From Caldisericia bacterium (GTDB taxonomy: Bacteria; Caldisericota; Caldisericia; JAAYUI01): a DNA stretch of 64,000 bases. Made by a program: the position numbers and the translations under genes. The stretch is from NCBI GenBank assembly GCA_040768585.1, contig JAXGMQ010000001.1:1159299-1223298 (forward strand). The letters are read 5' to 3'. This document shows positions 39,409 through 49,485 of the stretch, piece after piece. Positions within the stretch are counted from its first letter, which is position 1; each line of letters starts with the position of its first letter. Below the pieces are notes generated by a model. It made no database searches and was not told the DNA's origin. It was given only the letters and a program-made list of their open reading frames with translations.

Positions 39409-40044
39409 GTGTATTTTACCCGAAGTTCGAGCACAAGCCCTTTTGTTTCGCTAACCTTGGGACAGATGGATAGGAAAACAGAAAAGAAAACGATTCTAGC
39501 GGCGCAGAAGGGTGACGCCGAAGCCTTCGAGAAGCTTTACAATGCATTCAAGCTGGAGTTGTACAGATCAGCGCTGCTCATTATGAAACATCCCGCCGAT
39601 GCTGAGGATGCCGTTGCTGAGACCTTCATCAAGACATTCAGGGCGATCGACAGGTTTGACACGAAGTATCCAATGAGACCTTGGTTACATCGGATACTTC
39701 GGAATGAGTGCAACAACATCTTCAAAAAGAAGAGAACAAAGACTGTACTGTACGACGACTTTGGCACAGATTGGAAAGAGTCAGTGGCTGATAGAGACTC
39801 GAAATGCACATCGACGCTCATCATTGAGGACGAGGAGGATTCGAGACTCATGGAACTCATCGATTCGATGAACGATAGCCACAGAGAGGTTCTGATTCTC
39901 CACTACTACGACGGACTCGATCTAATTAAAATCGCTGAAATCATCGGTGTCCCCATCGGTACCGTGAAGTCGCGACTCTTCCACGCCAGAAAACAGCTTT
40001 TGAAGTCTATCGAAGAGAATGAAGTGATATTGGATAGAGATTGA
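39409..40044 (+). CDS. ECF-family RNA polymerase sigma-70 factor.
   Basis: Region 2 (AFEKLYNAFKLELYRSALLIMKHPADAEDAVAETFIKTFRAIDRFD...RPWLHRILRNECNNIFKK) and region 4 (REVLILHYYDGLDLIKIAEIIGVPIGTVKSRLFHARKQL) are both recognisable. The ORF begins at a GTG at 39409. An in-frame ATG at 39466 (MDRKTEKK...) is an alternative start. Confidence 0.85.
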   Translation: MYFTRSSSTSPFVSLTLGQMDRKTEKKTILAAQKGDAEAFEKLYNAFKLELYRSALLIMKHPADAEDAVAETFIKTFRAIDRFDTKYPMRPWLHRILRNECNNIFKKKRTKTVLYDDFGTDWKESVADRDSKCTSTLIIEDEEDSRLMELIDSMNDSHREVLILHYYDGLDLIKIAEIIGVPIGTVKSRLFHARKQLLKSIEENEVILDRD

Positions 40045-40064
40045 TACAGAGAGAGACAGGGAAT

Positions 40065-42326
40065 ATGAGACACCTAACTACAGAACAGATTGCCGCCTAC
40101 CAGGCAGGAGGGATGAGAGCAAGCGAAAAGTTTTTCGCCTTCATCCACCTGCTTGTTTGCGGCGAGTGCAGGGCTGCTCTGAAAAAAGAGAAGAGACTTT
40201 TCAAGAGCACAAACACGAAACTCAAGCGAATTACGAGCCACAGCTTCCCGACAAACCTGATGGATGCGAGAGTGGGAGCAGTCATCTCACAGATAGCTGC
40301 TAACACTGCTCCGCAGGTGAGGTTTTTTGGCAAGTGGGCGACGGTGGCAGCGCTTGTTGTGGTGATGCTTGCGTCATCCTACTCGGTATTCTTCTTTGCC
40401 CCGATCGTGGGAGCAGCGAGAGAGACCCCTGCCCAGGCGTTTGTATCGTCAAAAATAATTCCAATCTACAACGAGATTGGCAACGTGGTTCCTGACATGT
40501 CAGACATCGCGAAGAAAGAGGTGTTCTTCAGGGCGATGTGCGACACACTGATGATTTGCACATCAGAGAGAATAAAGTGGATGTACAGCGAAGGTTACAC
40601 CCTGGAGGAGGTGTATTTCGCAAGTGTGGTGGCAAGGGTTATCGGCGCATCGACAGAATCGGTGCTGCCTCTTCTCAAGCAGGACAAGACGTGGGGGCAG
40701 ATTTTCTCCGAACTCAACATTCCTTTTTCACAGCAACTTGAGATAGAAGAGGGTGTCAAGCAAACAATCAAACAGACTGAGACCGCTATGGACAATCAGA
40801 AAACCTTCTCCGTTCCAGTCCGAAAAAATACCGATGGCTCAATCTCATCGGTTGTTGATATTCCTGAGGATGTCGCCAAAAAAATTCCGGAAGGCAAAGA
40901 GGCGACCGTCGAGATCGATAGAACCGGCAAGCCAACCGGCAACGTTGAGGTGCTTGAGAGACCGACTTACTACACCGGCAACATCGTATCAGTTGAATCA
41001 GGTTATGAGATTTTCACAGTGGATACCGAGAACGGCGATACCGTCACAGTCAGGGTCACACCTGAGACAAACATGAGACGCTATGGAGACTACTTCTTCA
41101 GAACAGAGCTTCGACAGAATCAGCTCTGCGTAGTCAATGGCGTCTGGAGTGAGGGCGTTCTATTCGCTGATTTTGTCGATATCAAAGAGCCTATCAGAAG
41201 CACAAATTTTGAGGGTGTTGTTATTGATATGGACGGTTCGTCAATCACAGTCACAGGATTTGGTGCTCCTCTTAAAAAGAATGAAAACTCAAACATAACA
41301 GGCACGCTTGAGATAGGCTCAAAGGTTGAATTTACGGCCTTTGGCAATGACTATGATGGCTTCCAGATAGAGTGGATGAAGGCTTCACCGAAGATTCAGC
41401 CCACTCCTACTCCCGCTCAACCCAGGGCGACTGTCGAAGGGATTGTTGTGGGCATCGATGAGATCGAGAAGCTTATCCTTCTTGATGACGGCACATCGAT
41501 TTTCTACAACAAGCTGACAGAATTTGCTGGAGGAATGCCCTGGGTTGGCTCTGTTATCGCCAGCGAGGCGTATGAGGTAAACACCAACCTTGATAACAAG
41601 TTCCAAGATCAGGCAATCAAAATCACGATATCAGCACCGAAGACAACGGATACCTTTGAGTATGCAAAGAAGCTTGACTCAATCGTGTGTCTGAGTGGGT
41701 GTAACTGGATACGACCAGAGGGTGTCACGAGAATCACCCTTGAGGGTGTTGATACTTCGTTCCTCATCATCCCGGATACGGTCGGTCATGATCAGGTGAC
41801 TCCAAACCGCAAGGGTTATCTGCTTATCCTTTCAGGCAACACGGTTGATGGCGTAAACATGATAACAAAGGTGAGTGTTGTTGACCCGAAGAGCATAGTC
41901 GTAAAGAGTGGCGTCATCGTCTCACACGAGGGCATGAAGGTGAAACTCGACGACGGTACAGAGATAACACTCAGGTCATTCACCGCAGGCGCAACCGGGG
42001 TTGCAAAGGACGCGAAGGCAGAGTTCAGGTGCTGGCAGACAGAAGGCAAACTCACAGCGCTTGAGGTGACACTGGTCGAGGAGACAAAGAAAACCATCGA
42101 GACTCCCTGGACAAGTGTTGTCTCCTTTGATGGAACAAAGCTTGTTCTTGAGGAAGGTCTGGTTGTTGAATTTGATGAGAACACAGTGGTTGTGACAGCC
42201 GTCCTCAAGGAAGAGATCGACTCATCCCAGATAACGATGGGTTCTAGGGTAATCTGCGTGTACACCGATAATGGTGACGGTAGAAAGATTGCCGTAAAGG
42301 TGATGGTATACATACAGGCTCCATGA
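40065..42326 (+). CDS. Anti-sigma factor. N-terminal ZAS-type zinc-finger motif, one TM helix, and a large (~650 aa) extracytoplasmic beta-rich domain.
   Basis: It immediately follows, and slightly overlaps, the sigma gene. FIHLLVCGECRAAL fits the HxxxCxxC anti-sigma motif. TM segment WATVAALVVVMLASSYSVFFFAPIVGAA. The likely start is the ATG at 40065 (MRHLTTEQ) after GAGAGACAGGGAAT; the ORF track begins at an in-frame TTG at 40041. Confidence 0.7.
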   Translation: MRHLTTEQIAAYQAGGMRASEKFFAFIHLLVCGECRAALKKEKRLFKSTNTKLKRITSHSFPTNLMDARVGAVISQIAANTAPQVRFFGKWATVAALVVVMLASSYSVFFFAPIVGAARETPAQAFVSSKIIPIYNEIGNVVPDMSDIAKKEVFFRAMCDTLMICTSERIKWMYSEGYTLEEVYFASVVARVIGASTESVLPLLKQDKTWGQIFSELNIPFSQQLEIEEGVKQTIKQTETAMDNQKTFSVPVRKNTDGSISSVVDIPEDVAKKIPEGKEATVEIDRTGKPTGNVEVLERPTYYTGNIVSVESGYEIFTVDTENGDTVTVRVTPETNMRRYGDYFFRTELRQNQLCVVNGVWSEGVLFADFVDIKEPIRSTNFEGVVIDMDGSSITVTGFGAPLKKNENSNITGTLEIGSKVEFTAFGNDYDGFQIEWMKASPKIQPTPTPAQPRATVEGIVVGIDEIEKLILLDDGTSIFYNKLTEFAGGMPWVGSVIASEAYEVNTNLDNKFQDQAIKITISAPKTTDTFEYAKKLDSIVCLSGCNWIRPEGVTRITLEGVDTSFLIIPDTVGHDQVTPNRKGYLLILSGNTVDGVNMITKVSVVDPKSIVVKSGVIVSHEGMKVKLDDGTEITLRSFTAGATGVAKDAKAEFRCWQTEGKLTALEVTLVEETKKTIETPWTSVVSFDGTKLVLEEGLVVEFDENTVVVTAVLKEEIDSSQITMGSRVICVYTDNGDGRKIAVKVMVYIQAP

Positions 42327-44290
42327 AAAAAATACTAGCTGCTGCTATTGCTCTCTCACTGGTTGTGCCGACTCTCGCAGTTGGCGCGACCAGTTTGAAT
42401 ATTGAGGTCAACCCCTCGCTAGCCACACTTGGCTGCGAGGTAAAAATCACTGCAACACTTGATGAACCCGCTCCTGAGGCGGCAAAGGTTGAGGTGAGAT
42501 TTCCCGTGGTCATGAAGGTGCCAGGGAAGATTGATGGTGGACTGATAACGGTCAATGAAATGCCTGTTGACACCATCACTGTTGAGAAGAATGTCCTTAC
42601 CTTTGATATCCCAGAACCAATTGAAGACCACGCGAATCTAGAAATTCTCATCCCAACGGCGTGTGGCATTGCAAACCCGTTTGAGGGTGGCAGCTATGTG
42701 ATAGAAATTGACATCGATGGAGTCAGACAAAGAACCAAGTTTGAGGTGGGCAGAATACTTGAAGAATCCCCAATAGTTGTGTTGTCCCCTGACCTTGCCG
42801 GAAAACCCGTCAACCTCATGGTACAGATTCCAGCATCAGAACACCTTCAGCTAGTGCAAGGTGATGCCGTTAAGATAACGCTTCCTGCGGAATTTATTAT
42901 GCCAGAGCTTCCTGACCTTGAGTATGTCACACTCTCTGGCGAGACGCCCCCAGTTGTTGATATGGATGGTAACACCCTCACGGTTGTCGTGGGCTCAGAT
43001 TTACCCATAAATAAGCCTATCACGCTCATTTTTGGAACAGAATTTGGTTTGGTACTTCCCCTCTGGCCGGACACCTACAAGCTAAATTTGGAGATTCCTG
43101 GCAAGCTAGAGGAGACATCGACTGATCTCTTCCAGGTGAGACCACTTAAACCAACTGTTTATGCCTCGGTTGATCCGCCGGAGCCTGAGAACAAGTGGTA
43201 CACGAAACCCCCAACGATCGAACTTCTCAGCGAGGTTGAGAGAGATATCTACTACAATTGGAACTACGAAAGAAAAACCCTTTACGCCGAGAGTTTTACC
43301 GCTCCAGAGGGTGTCAATAACCTCACTTATGTCGGCAGGATAAAAGATGGTGGCTGGGAGGCTGTTTTGACCCGCACCTTCAGGGTTGACTCAAACCCGC
43401 CAATTGTCGGTGATGTGGTGCGTTTCACCAATAAAGCTGAACTAGACTTAATATACAACATCATCGATGTGTCTCCCTGCGAGTCTGGGATTGATGGCTA
43501 TGAAACCGAGTCTCTTGGTGACAACAAATTCAGGACAACCCTTGAGCTTGCGCCTGGCGACAACAGCTTTGTTTTCTGGGCGGTTGACTCGTGCGGCAGA
43601 AAGGTCGAGACCCCCAAAACCATCACACTCGATAACACTCCACCAGCCCTTGATATACTCTCCCCGTCGTCTGGATCGGTCATATGTGGAAGGATAGTTA
43701 GAATTAACGGAGTAACAGAGCCAGGGGCGAAGATTACTGTCGATGGTTCAAACATCCAGGTCGACTCATCGGGCTATTTTATCGCTGTTGTTTCGCCAAC
43801 TGAGGAAGGTCCGGTCAATATAAAGGTTGTATCTCAGGATTTGGCAGGCAACACCCAAGAAGCAGTGCTGCCAATCCTCTATATTTCGGGGACTTCCATC
43901 TCGATGACAATCGGGAAGAAAGACGCTGTTTTTGCCGGAGTTGAAAAGAAGCTTCTAGTTGCTCCATACAAGGACTTTGATGTCACCTACATTCCAGCCC
44001 CAACTCTTCTTAAAGCTCTCAATTACGAGCTTGTCAAAGAGGAGACTGGGGATGGCTGGATGATAAAAGACCTTGTCGGGGATGAGAGGATGTATCTGTC
44101 TCCAGGCGATGTGAACATAGTCAGACAGGGAAGTTCCGGTGCATTCGAGATAAGTTTGTCAAACGCCCCTCAGCTTTCTGAGGATGTTTTGTGCGTACCC
44201 CTGGAATTCACGACGAAAATATTGGATTTGAACCCAAGTGAGTTTGCGGGTGGAGAAATAGTCATAAAATTCTGTCCCAGAGGGGAATAA
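42323..44290 (+). CDS. Secreted protein with Ig-like/beta-sandwich repeats; function unknown.
   Basis: Its ATG overlaps the anti-sigma stop (ATGA), which suggests translational coupling. Signal peptide MKKILAAAIALSLVVPTLAVGAT. Invasin/Ig-like segments are present, for example PPALDILSPSSGSVICGRIVRINGVTEPGAKITVDG. Confidence 0.7.
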   Translation: MKKILAAAIALSLVVPTLAVGATSLNIEVNPSLATLGCEVKITATLDEPAPEAAKVEVRFPVVMKVPGKIDGGLITVNEMPVDTITVEKNVLTFDIPEPIEDHANLEILIPTACGIANPFEGGSYVIEIDIDGVRQRTKFEVGRILEESPIVVLSPDLAGKPVNLMVQIPASEHLQLVQGDAVKITLPAEFIMPELPDLEYVTLSGETPPVVDMDGNTLTVVVGSDLPINKPITLIFGTEFGLVLPLWPDTYKLNLEIPGKLEETSTDLFQVRPLKPTVYASVDPPEPENKWYTKPPTIELLSEVERDIYYNWNYERKTLYAESFTAPEGVNNLTYVGRIKDGGWEAVLTRTFRVDSNPPIVGDVVRFTNKAELDLIYNIIDVSPCESGIDGYETESLGDNKFRTTLELAPGDNSFVFWAVDSCGRKVETPKTITLDNTPPALDILSPSSGSVICGRIVRINGVTEPGAKITVDGSNIQVDSSGYFIAVVSPTEEGPVNIKVVSQDLAGNTQEAVLPILYISGTSISMTIGKKDAVFAGVEKKLLVAPYKDFDVTYIPAPTLLKALNYELVKEETGDGWMIKDLVGDERMYLSPGDVNIVRQGSSGAFEISLSNAPQLSEDVLCVPLEFTTKILDLNPSEFAGGEIVIKFCPRGE

Positions 44291-44294
44291 GATT

Positions 44295-47200
44295 ATGAAA
44301 CGTTTTGTTGCGCCACTGCTTGCCGCTGTTTTTTTCTTCGCTGGTGTGTCGGTGTCAAAGGCTGTATGTAAGGTCGACGTCTACAGTGTTGACGTCAATC
44401 CCGCGGTGTCTCTGGCGAAGGCTTGCTATACGGTCAGTTTTCATATTGAGTGTGCCATGGTGGAGGGCGAGACGTTTGAGGTTCATCTTCCAAGGGACTC
44501 TGAGACGCCGTATGGCTGCCGAACGTGTGACGTTAACATAGACGGCGACTACAAGCACAGGTACGACGTTGAGGGGAATGTGGTAAGGATTCAACTCACG
44601 AGGGGTTTGAGCGCTGGCAGGCATTATTTTCACATCTGCAACGTCACAAATCCCAGCAGCAAAGGGCCACACGTTGTCAGTATCGTGTCCTCCGCCGGGG
44701 TTTTTACCTCAAGACCTTTCAATTTTGCAGACACGGCAATTTCAATCCCAAAGGTCGAAGTGAACCCCGACTATGTCAAGGCGTGTGCTGAATATGAGAT
44801 TACTTTCAAAACATCATCCGATGCCTCAACCGGTTGCGGGTGTTCGAGAAGAACTGTTATATATGTGACATTCCCAAAAAACTTTGTATTCCCCTACGAT
44901 ATTGACCCGCAGTTTGTGCTGGTGAATGGCAGGCCGGCTGATTCGGTCGGTATAATTGACAAGACACTCGTCATCACATCAAGCAGTAAGTTTGTTGCTG
45001 GACAGACCATTAAAATCAAGATTCTAAAAGGTGCTGGTGTCATAAACCCAGAAACCCCTGGGTGGTATTCGCTGAATGTCTACACCTCGGATGACAGAAT
45101 ATCTATCAACAGCGAGAGGTTCTACATCAGACCGTCAACGGTTACAAGAGCCAAGGTGACGCTCGATGACCCTTACACCTGCTCAAAGTCAGGTTTTGTC
45201 GTTGAGTTTATGACGGGCCCCTACGGTCAGATAAAAAAAGGGTCGAAGATTGAACTTATCCTCCCGCCATCATTTGACGTGCCTGATTTTATTCCCGCTG
45301 AGAATCTGTCAGTCAATGACATGCCTGTCATGTCAGAGTCAAGCATCAAATCCAACAATATCGACGGCTGGTCTCAGATTGCGGTGCTCTCGCCTGTTGA
45401 TATTGGGTCTGAGTCAAAGGTTGTGATTATCGTTCTACCAGGCGCTATGATAGCCTTGCCAGACACTCCATCCTATGATTACTCGATCGACGTAAGGACA
45501 GCAACAGAACCAAACAGGGTGCCATCGCTTCCCTTCAGTGTCGACCGTTCGAGGCTTAGAAACGTCAAGCTGACCGCTACTCCCTCCTATGTCTCGCTTC
45601 CTGCGGTTATTCAGGTTGCATTCAGGCTTGGCGGGTGCGGTGATTTGACCTCTGGAATCGACACAATCACTGTGCAGTTTGATGAACTGTTCTGGTTCCC
45701 AGACTCAAAGCTCATGACTGACATAAAGATCAATGGAGTCCCCGTTGACAGACTCGTCATGGTATCCGGCAAACAGATAACAATCTCCCCTCCCAATGAT
45801 ATCCCAGGCGACGAGTGGGTTACAGTTGAGTTTGGAGAAGGTTGTGGTATCAGAAATCCTTCCAAAGCAGGCGAACCTCAGAAGGTGAAGGTGTGGACAA
45901 CAAGAGAGCGAGATGCCTCTGTTTCAAACATCATCCTCTTTGCCACAACTAAAATATCTGGGGTAGCTGTCAGTCTTTCAAAACCCCAAACAGGCAAGTA
46001 TTCGTCCTGCGACATCACCTTTGTCTCAGGTTCAGCTGGAGCGCTGAAGGCAGGCTCACAGCTTCTGCTCAGATTTCCTGAGGGATTTGACTTCAAGGGG
46101 CCGGTCTCGACCCACACCATATTGGTTAACGAAACCAGATGCCGGAGGGTGAGACTCACTGAAAATACGTTGGAACTAACAACCGGCTTGGATATCGAGG
46201 CAGGCACTCAGGTGGGTGTGTCAGTATCGTCAGATGCAAACCTGAGACTGCCAGATGAACCGAGTTACTATCAAATCGAGGTTGCCACCGAGGCTGAACC
46301 AGAGTTTGTGCTGTCGCAGAGGTTCCCAATTGCTGATAAGATTCAATTTGAGTATAAGGTCACACCTGATGAGCCTGATGGGATTGATGAGTGGTATGTC
46401 ACACATCCAACCGTTGAGCTCAGGGCTTTCAACTCGCTCGATGAATTTGCCCAGATTGAGCTTGATATCAACTTTGATGTAAGACCATACAATGGTTCGT
46501 TTGAGATTGATGACGGGTTTACCGTCATAAAGGCTGTCGCAACTGACAAGTTTGGCAACGTGTCAGAACCGCTTGTGCTGAGTTTCGATGTCGACACAAA
46601 CCCGCCAACATTTGAACCTGAATCTGGCACTGTTTACTCAAGAGCCATGTATCACTCAGAGATTGTTGAGATTGATGAACTCAATGACGTTGAGATTGAA
46701 TATGACGAAACTGAGGGTGTGACAGTCGAAAGACAACGGGTAGCCGAACTTGTGAAGGTTTCCTGCAAGGTAGAGACTGAACAAACAAAAACGGTTGAGA
46801 TAACAGCCACCGACGAGGCTGGAAACAGCAACACCTGGGAGCGAATCGTTGTTTTTGATTGGACGGAGCCGATGTTGGAGCTGCCTGATAGGATTACAAC
46901 CGATGAATCGGAGATCACAATCTCTGGAAAAACAGAATCCGGTGCAAGCGTTGTCTGTGATGATGAGATAATAATTTGTGACGATGAGGGCAACTTCACG
47001 CACACCGTCAGTGTCAGTGATGGTTTCTCAAGGTTTTTTTTCACGGCAAAAGATAGGGCTGGAAACTCAAGCACAAAGGTGCTTGCTGTCGAGGCTAATC
47101 TTCAGATTGTGGTGGTTCTGACAATTGGAGAAACCGCGGCAACAATCAATGATGTGCCAACCGAGATTGGTTCAAATCCTGTCTACCTCTCATCCGGCAA

Positions 47201-47477
47201 TGCGATGATACCGCTTCGATTTTTGGCTGAGGCTTTTGACGCGGATGTGGGTTGGGACGAAAAAACTTCGGAAATAACAATCACCGTTGGTGATAAGGTG
47301 ATAGTTGTGAGAGTCGGCAACAGGATAGCAATTGTTGATGGGGAAGTGGTGGAGATGCCAGTTACCCCTGAGATTAAATCGGGCGCGACATTTGTTCCAC
47401 TGCGGTTTATCACCGAATCGTTCGGTTGCCAGCTGGAAGTTGTTGGCAAAAAAATAACAATCACATACAATAAATAG
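44295..47477 (+). CDS. Secreted protein with 5 or more tandem ~125-aa Cys-containing beta-sandwich modules, Ig-like repeats, and two C-terminal CuAO-N1-like modules.
   Basis: RBS AGAGGGGAA. Signal peptide MKRFVAPLLAAVFFFAGVSVSKA. Modules of the form VNG(R/V)P...I..PE.P recur. The C-terminus MIPLRFLAEAFDADVGWDEKTSEITITVGDKVIVVRVGNRIAIVDGEVVEM...ATFVPLRFITESFGCQLEV matches the copper amine oxidase N-terminal-like domain pattern. Confidence 0.75.
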   Translation: MKRFVAPLLAAVFFFAGVSVSKAVCKVDVYSVDVNPAVSLAKACYTVSFHIECAMVEGETFEVHLPRDSETPYGCRTCDVNIDGDYKHRYDVEGNVVRIQLTRGLSAGRHYFHICNVTNPSSKGPHVVSIVSSAGVFTSRPFNFADTAISIPKVEVNPDYVKACAEYEITFKTSSDASTGCGCSRRTVIYVTFPKNFVFPYDIDPQFVLVNGRPADSVGIIDKTLVITSSSKFVAGQTIKIKILKGAGVINPETPGWYSLNVYTSDDRISINSERFYIRPSTVTRAKVTLDDPYTCSKSGFVVEFMTGPYGQIKKGSKIELILPPSFDVPDFIPAENLSVNDMPVMSESSIKSNNIDGWSQIAVLSPVDIGSESKVVIIVLPGAMIALPDTPSYDYSIDVRTATEPNRVPSLPFSVDRSRLRNVKLTATPSYVSLPAVIQVAFRLGGCGDLTSGIDTITVQFDELFWFPDSKLMTDIKINGVPVDRLVMVSGKQITISPPNDIPGDEWVTVEFGEGCGIRNPSKAGEPQKVKVWTTRERDASVSNIILFATTKISGVAVSLSKPQTGKYSSCDITFVSGSAGALKAGSQLLLRFPEGFDFKGPVSTHTILVNETRCRRVRLTENTLELTTGLDIEAGTQVGVSVSSDANLRLPDEPSYYQIEVATEAEPEFVLSQRFPIADKIQFEYKVTPDEPDGIDEWYVTHPTVELRAFNSLDEFAQIELDINFDVRPYNGSFEIDDGFTVIKAVATDKFGNVSEPLVLSFDVDTNPPTFEPESGTVYSRAMYHSEIVEIDELNDVEIEYDETEGVTVERQRVAELVKVSCKVETEQTKTVEITATDEAGNSNTWERIVVFDWTEPMLELPDRITTDESEITISGKTESGASVVCDDEIIICDDEGNFTHTVSVSDGFSRFFFTAKDRAGNSSTKVLAVEANLQIVVVLTIGETAATINDVPTEIGSNPVYLSSGNAMIPLRFLAEAFDADVGWDEKTSEITITVGDKVIVVRVGNRIAIVDGEVVEMPVTPEIKSGATFVPLRFITESFGCQLEVVGKKITITYNK

Positions 47478-47480
47478 CTG

Positions 47481-49439
47481 ATGCTAGGATTCCTATATAC
47501 CCTCGCGCTTCTTGCGTACATTTATTCTTTCGTACTCTTTATCAGATTCTTTGTTTGGCGGCGTCTCGCCTGGTCGAGGTTTTGGAGAACAAAGGTGGAC
47601 ATTACTCTGTCCCAAATAAAGAGCATGGCAAGAAGTTGGGGGGTCAATCTTCCCTTTTTTACAATCATGGTGCCAGCTCGCAATGAGTCCAAGGTTATAA
47701 GGCGAACTGTTGAGAACCTGATGAGACTCGATTACCCAAAGGAATTTCTTCAAATAATCGTTGTCACAGATGAGAAGGAGAGGATCTCCCACGCAGAAAA
47801 GAAGCCTGAGCAGGTCGAGGGACTCTACAAAATTCTCATTGGCGAGACAACCGAGACAAAGTCGGTTGACCTTGAGGAGTTTCTGCTTGCGTGGGTAACC
47901 GAAAGCTTGCCCGTTGGGAGACTTGTCTATCTTGCGCAAAGGCTAGACAGAAGGATTGCAACGGCGAATTTTGCGCAAGACATGAAGGGTCTTGTCTTTA
48001 ATTTCTGCTCATCAATCCTTCGCGACAAACCAACCGACATCTCAAATATCTACTACGGCGTGAGGAAAGCGATCCCTGGCAAGACAGACAGAGAACTAAT
48101 GGAGATTGTGTCAGAGATTCTGCTTCAAGCGAGGGTGTCAATCAGACAGATTGCGGTTCGAATCAAGCTTAAAAGAAACATCACAAAGCGTGTAGCAAGC
48201 ATGGTTCCGAGGGGATATGCATCCACCTCGGCAACGGTTATGGAGAGGATTTCCGAGCTTGATGAAAATATAAAAAACAGGGGTGTTACATCTGTTGAGG
48301 CGTTGGGTGACCTTTATGACAGATTCTTCAAAACCACCCAACAGGTCGTGTGTGAGTGCATCGACTCTTTTAAAACCTCTGGGTTCAAACTCGCACACGT
48401 TGAGGTGCCGTATGATTTCGATGGTGAGTTTGGCGGTGTTTGCACAGGTGTTGAGGTTCGCTCAACAAAGGGCAGAGCCCTCAATTATGCCTTCTCTGAG
48501 GTTGACCCGCAGACTTGCATGATTGCGTTCTATGACGCTGAGTCTCACCCCGACCCAGATGTCTTCCTGCATGCTGCGCGTCACATGCTCTCGGATAATC
48601 CACCTGATATCTTGCAGGGGCCTCTTTTCCAGGTGAGGAACTACTACAGGATGGGAGCGCTCTCAAAGATTGGCGGACTATACAAGGCTATTGCTCATGA
48701 TTGGTATTTGCCCCTTATGTTCAACAGGCTTCCGTTTGTTGGCGGGACAAACCTGCACATCAGTTGGGATTTGATTCAGAGGATGAGAGGGTTTGACGAA
48801 CTCTCGCTCACTGAAGACCTTGAGTTCGGCTGTAGGGCGTACCTCTATTTTGGGACGAAGCTAACATTCCTCACAGTCAAATCAACCGAGCAAACACCCC
48901 CTACCATGCCTCAGTATTTCAGGCAACGTCTTAGGTGGGCATCGGGTCATTTGCAGGTCATCTCGCGTATCAGAAACTACCCCAGACCACGACTGTCTGT
49001 GGGTGATGCGGGTGACTACAAGAGACGGGCAAGGAAACTGTGGTGGTATCTCATTGTGATGGGACCGCTAGAGTGGATGGTGTATCAGCTCTCAACGGGC
49101 ATTGTGCTTCTGATGGATTTAATACTGCTTTCAAACTTCTTTGGTGCAACCATCCCTGGGCCATTCTTTGCTGAGAATGCGATACTATACTGGGCACTGG
49201 TTGGACTCAATGTGCCGTATCTGATTTTCACACTCTACTGTTACCTTAGGTATGATGAGGTGTTTGACAGAACTTTCAGACCTCTTACAGTTGCCGCTGG
49301 CATTTTTGATTTTGTGAAGCTTTTCATTGCCAGTTTTGTGGTTTTTCTCCTTCCTGCCCCCTACACCTGGGCGGTTGTGCTAAAGGCCATTGGACGCGCC
49401 CCAAAGACGTGGGTGAAGACGCCGAGGACGGGCGAGTAA
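47481..49439 (+). CDS. Family 2 glycosyltransferase (processive beta-glycan synthase type), integral membrane.
   Basis: An N-terminal TM helix is followed by IMVPARNESKVIRRTVENLMRLDYP (the GT2 Rossmann start), a DAE motif, and QRLRWASGH (the QxxRW motif of the cellulose/chitin/PNAG-synthase clade). Multiple C-terminal TM helices are present. It begins 4 nt after the upstream stop, so it is probably in the same operon. Confidence 0.75.
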   Translation: MLGFLYTLALLAYIYSFVLFIRFFVWRRLAWSRFWRTKVDITLSQIKSMARSWGVNLPFFTIMVPARNESKVIRRTVENLMRLDYPKEFLQIIVVTDEKERISHAEKKPEQVEGLYKILIGETTETKSVDLEEFLLAWVTESLPVGRLVYLAQRLDRRIATANFAQDMKGLVFNFCSSILRDKPTDISNIYYGVRKAIPGKTDRELMEIVSEILLQARVSIRQIAVRIKLKRNITKRVASMVPRGYASTSATVMERISELDENIKNRGVTSVEALGDLYDRFFKTTQQVVCECIDSFKTSGFKLAHVEVPYDFDGEFGGVCTGVEVRSTKGRALNYAFSEVDPQTCMIAFYDAESHPDPDVFLHAARHMLSDNPPDILQGPLFQVRNYYRMGALSKIGGLYKAIAHDWYLPLMFNRLPFVGGTNLHISWDLIQRMRGFDELSLTEDLEFGCRAYLYFGTKLTFLTVKSTEQTPPTMPQYFRQRLRWASGHLQVISRIRNYPRPRLSVGDAGDYKRRARKLWWYLIVMGPLEWMVYQLSTGIVLLMDLILLSNFFGATIPGPFFAENAILYWALVGLNVPYLIFTLYCYLRYDEVFDRTFRPLTVAAGIFDFVKLFIASFVVFLLPAPYTWAVVLKAIGRAPKTWVKTPRTGE

Positions 49440-49485
49440 GGTAATGTGGATGAAAGACACATTACCCAAAAAAAGAAGTGGAGGT

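Noticed and set aside
41816-42669. Minus-strand ORFs (165 aa and 141 aa) across the anti-sigma / secreted-protein junction
   Set aside because: Antisense to two well-supported co-directional genes with an ATGA overlap. The translations are low-complexity.
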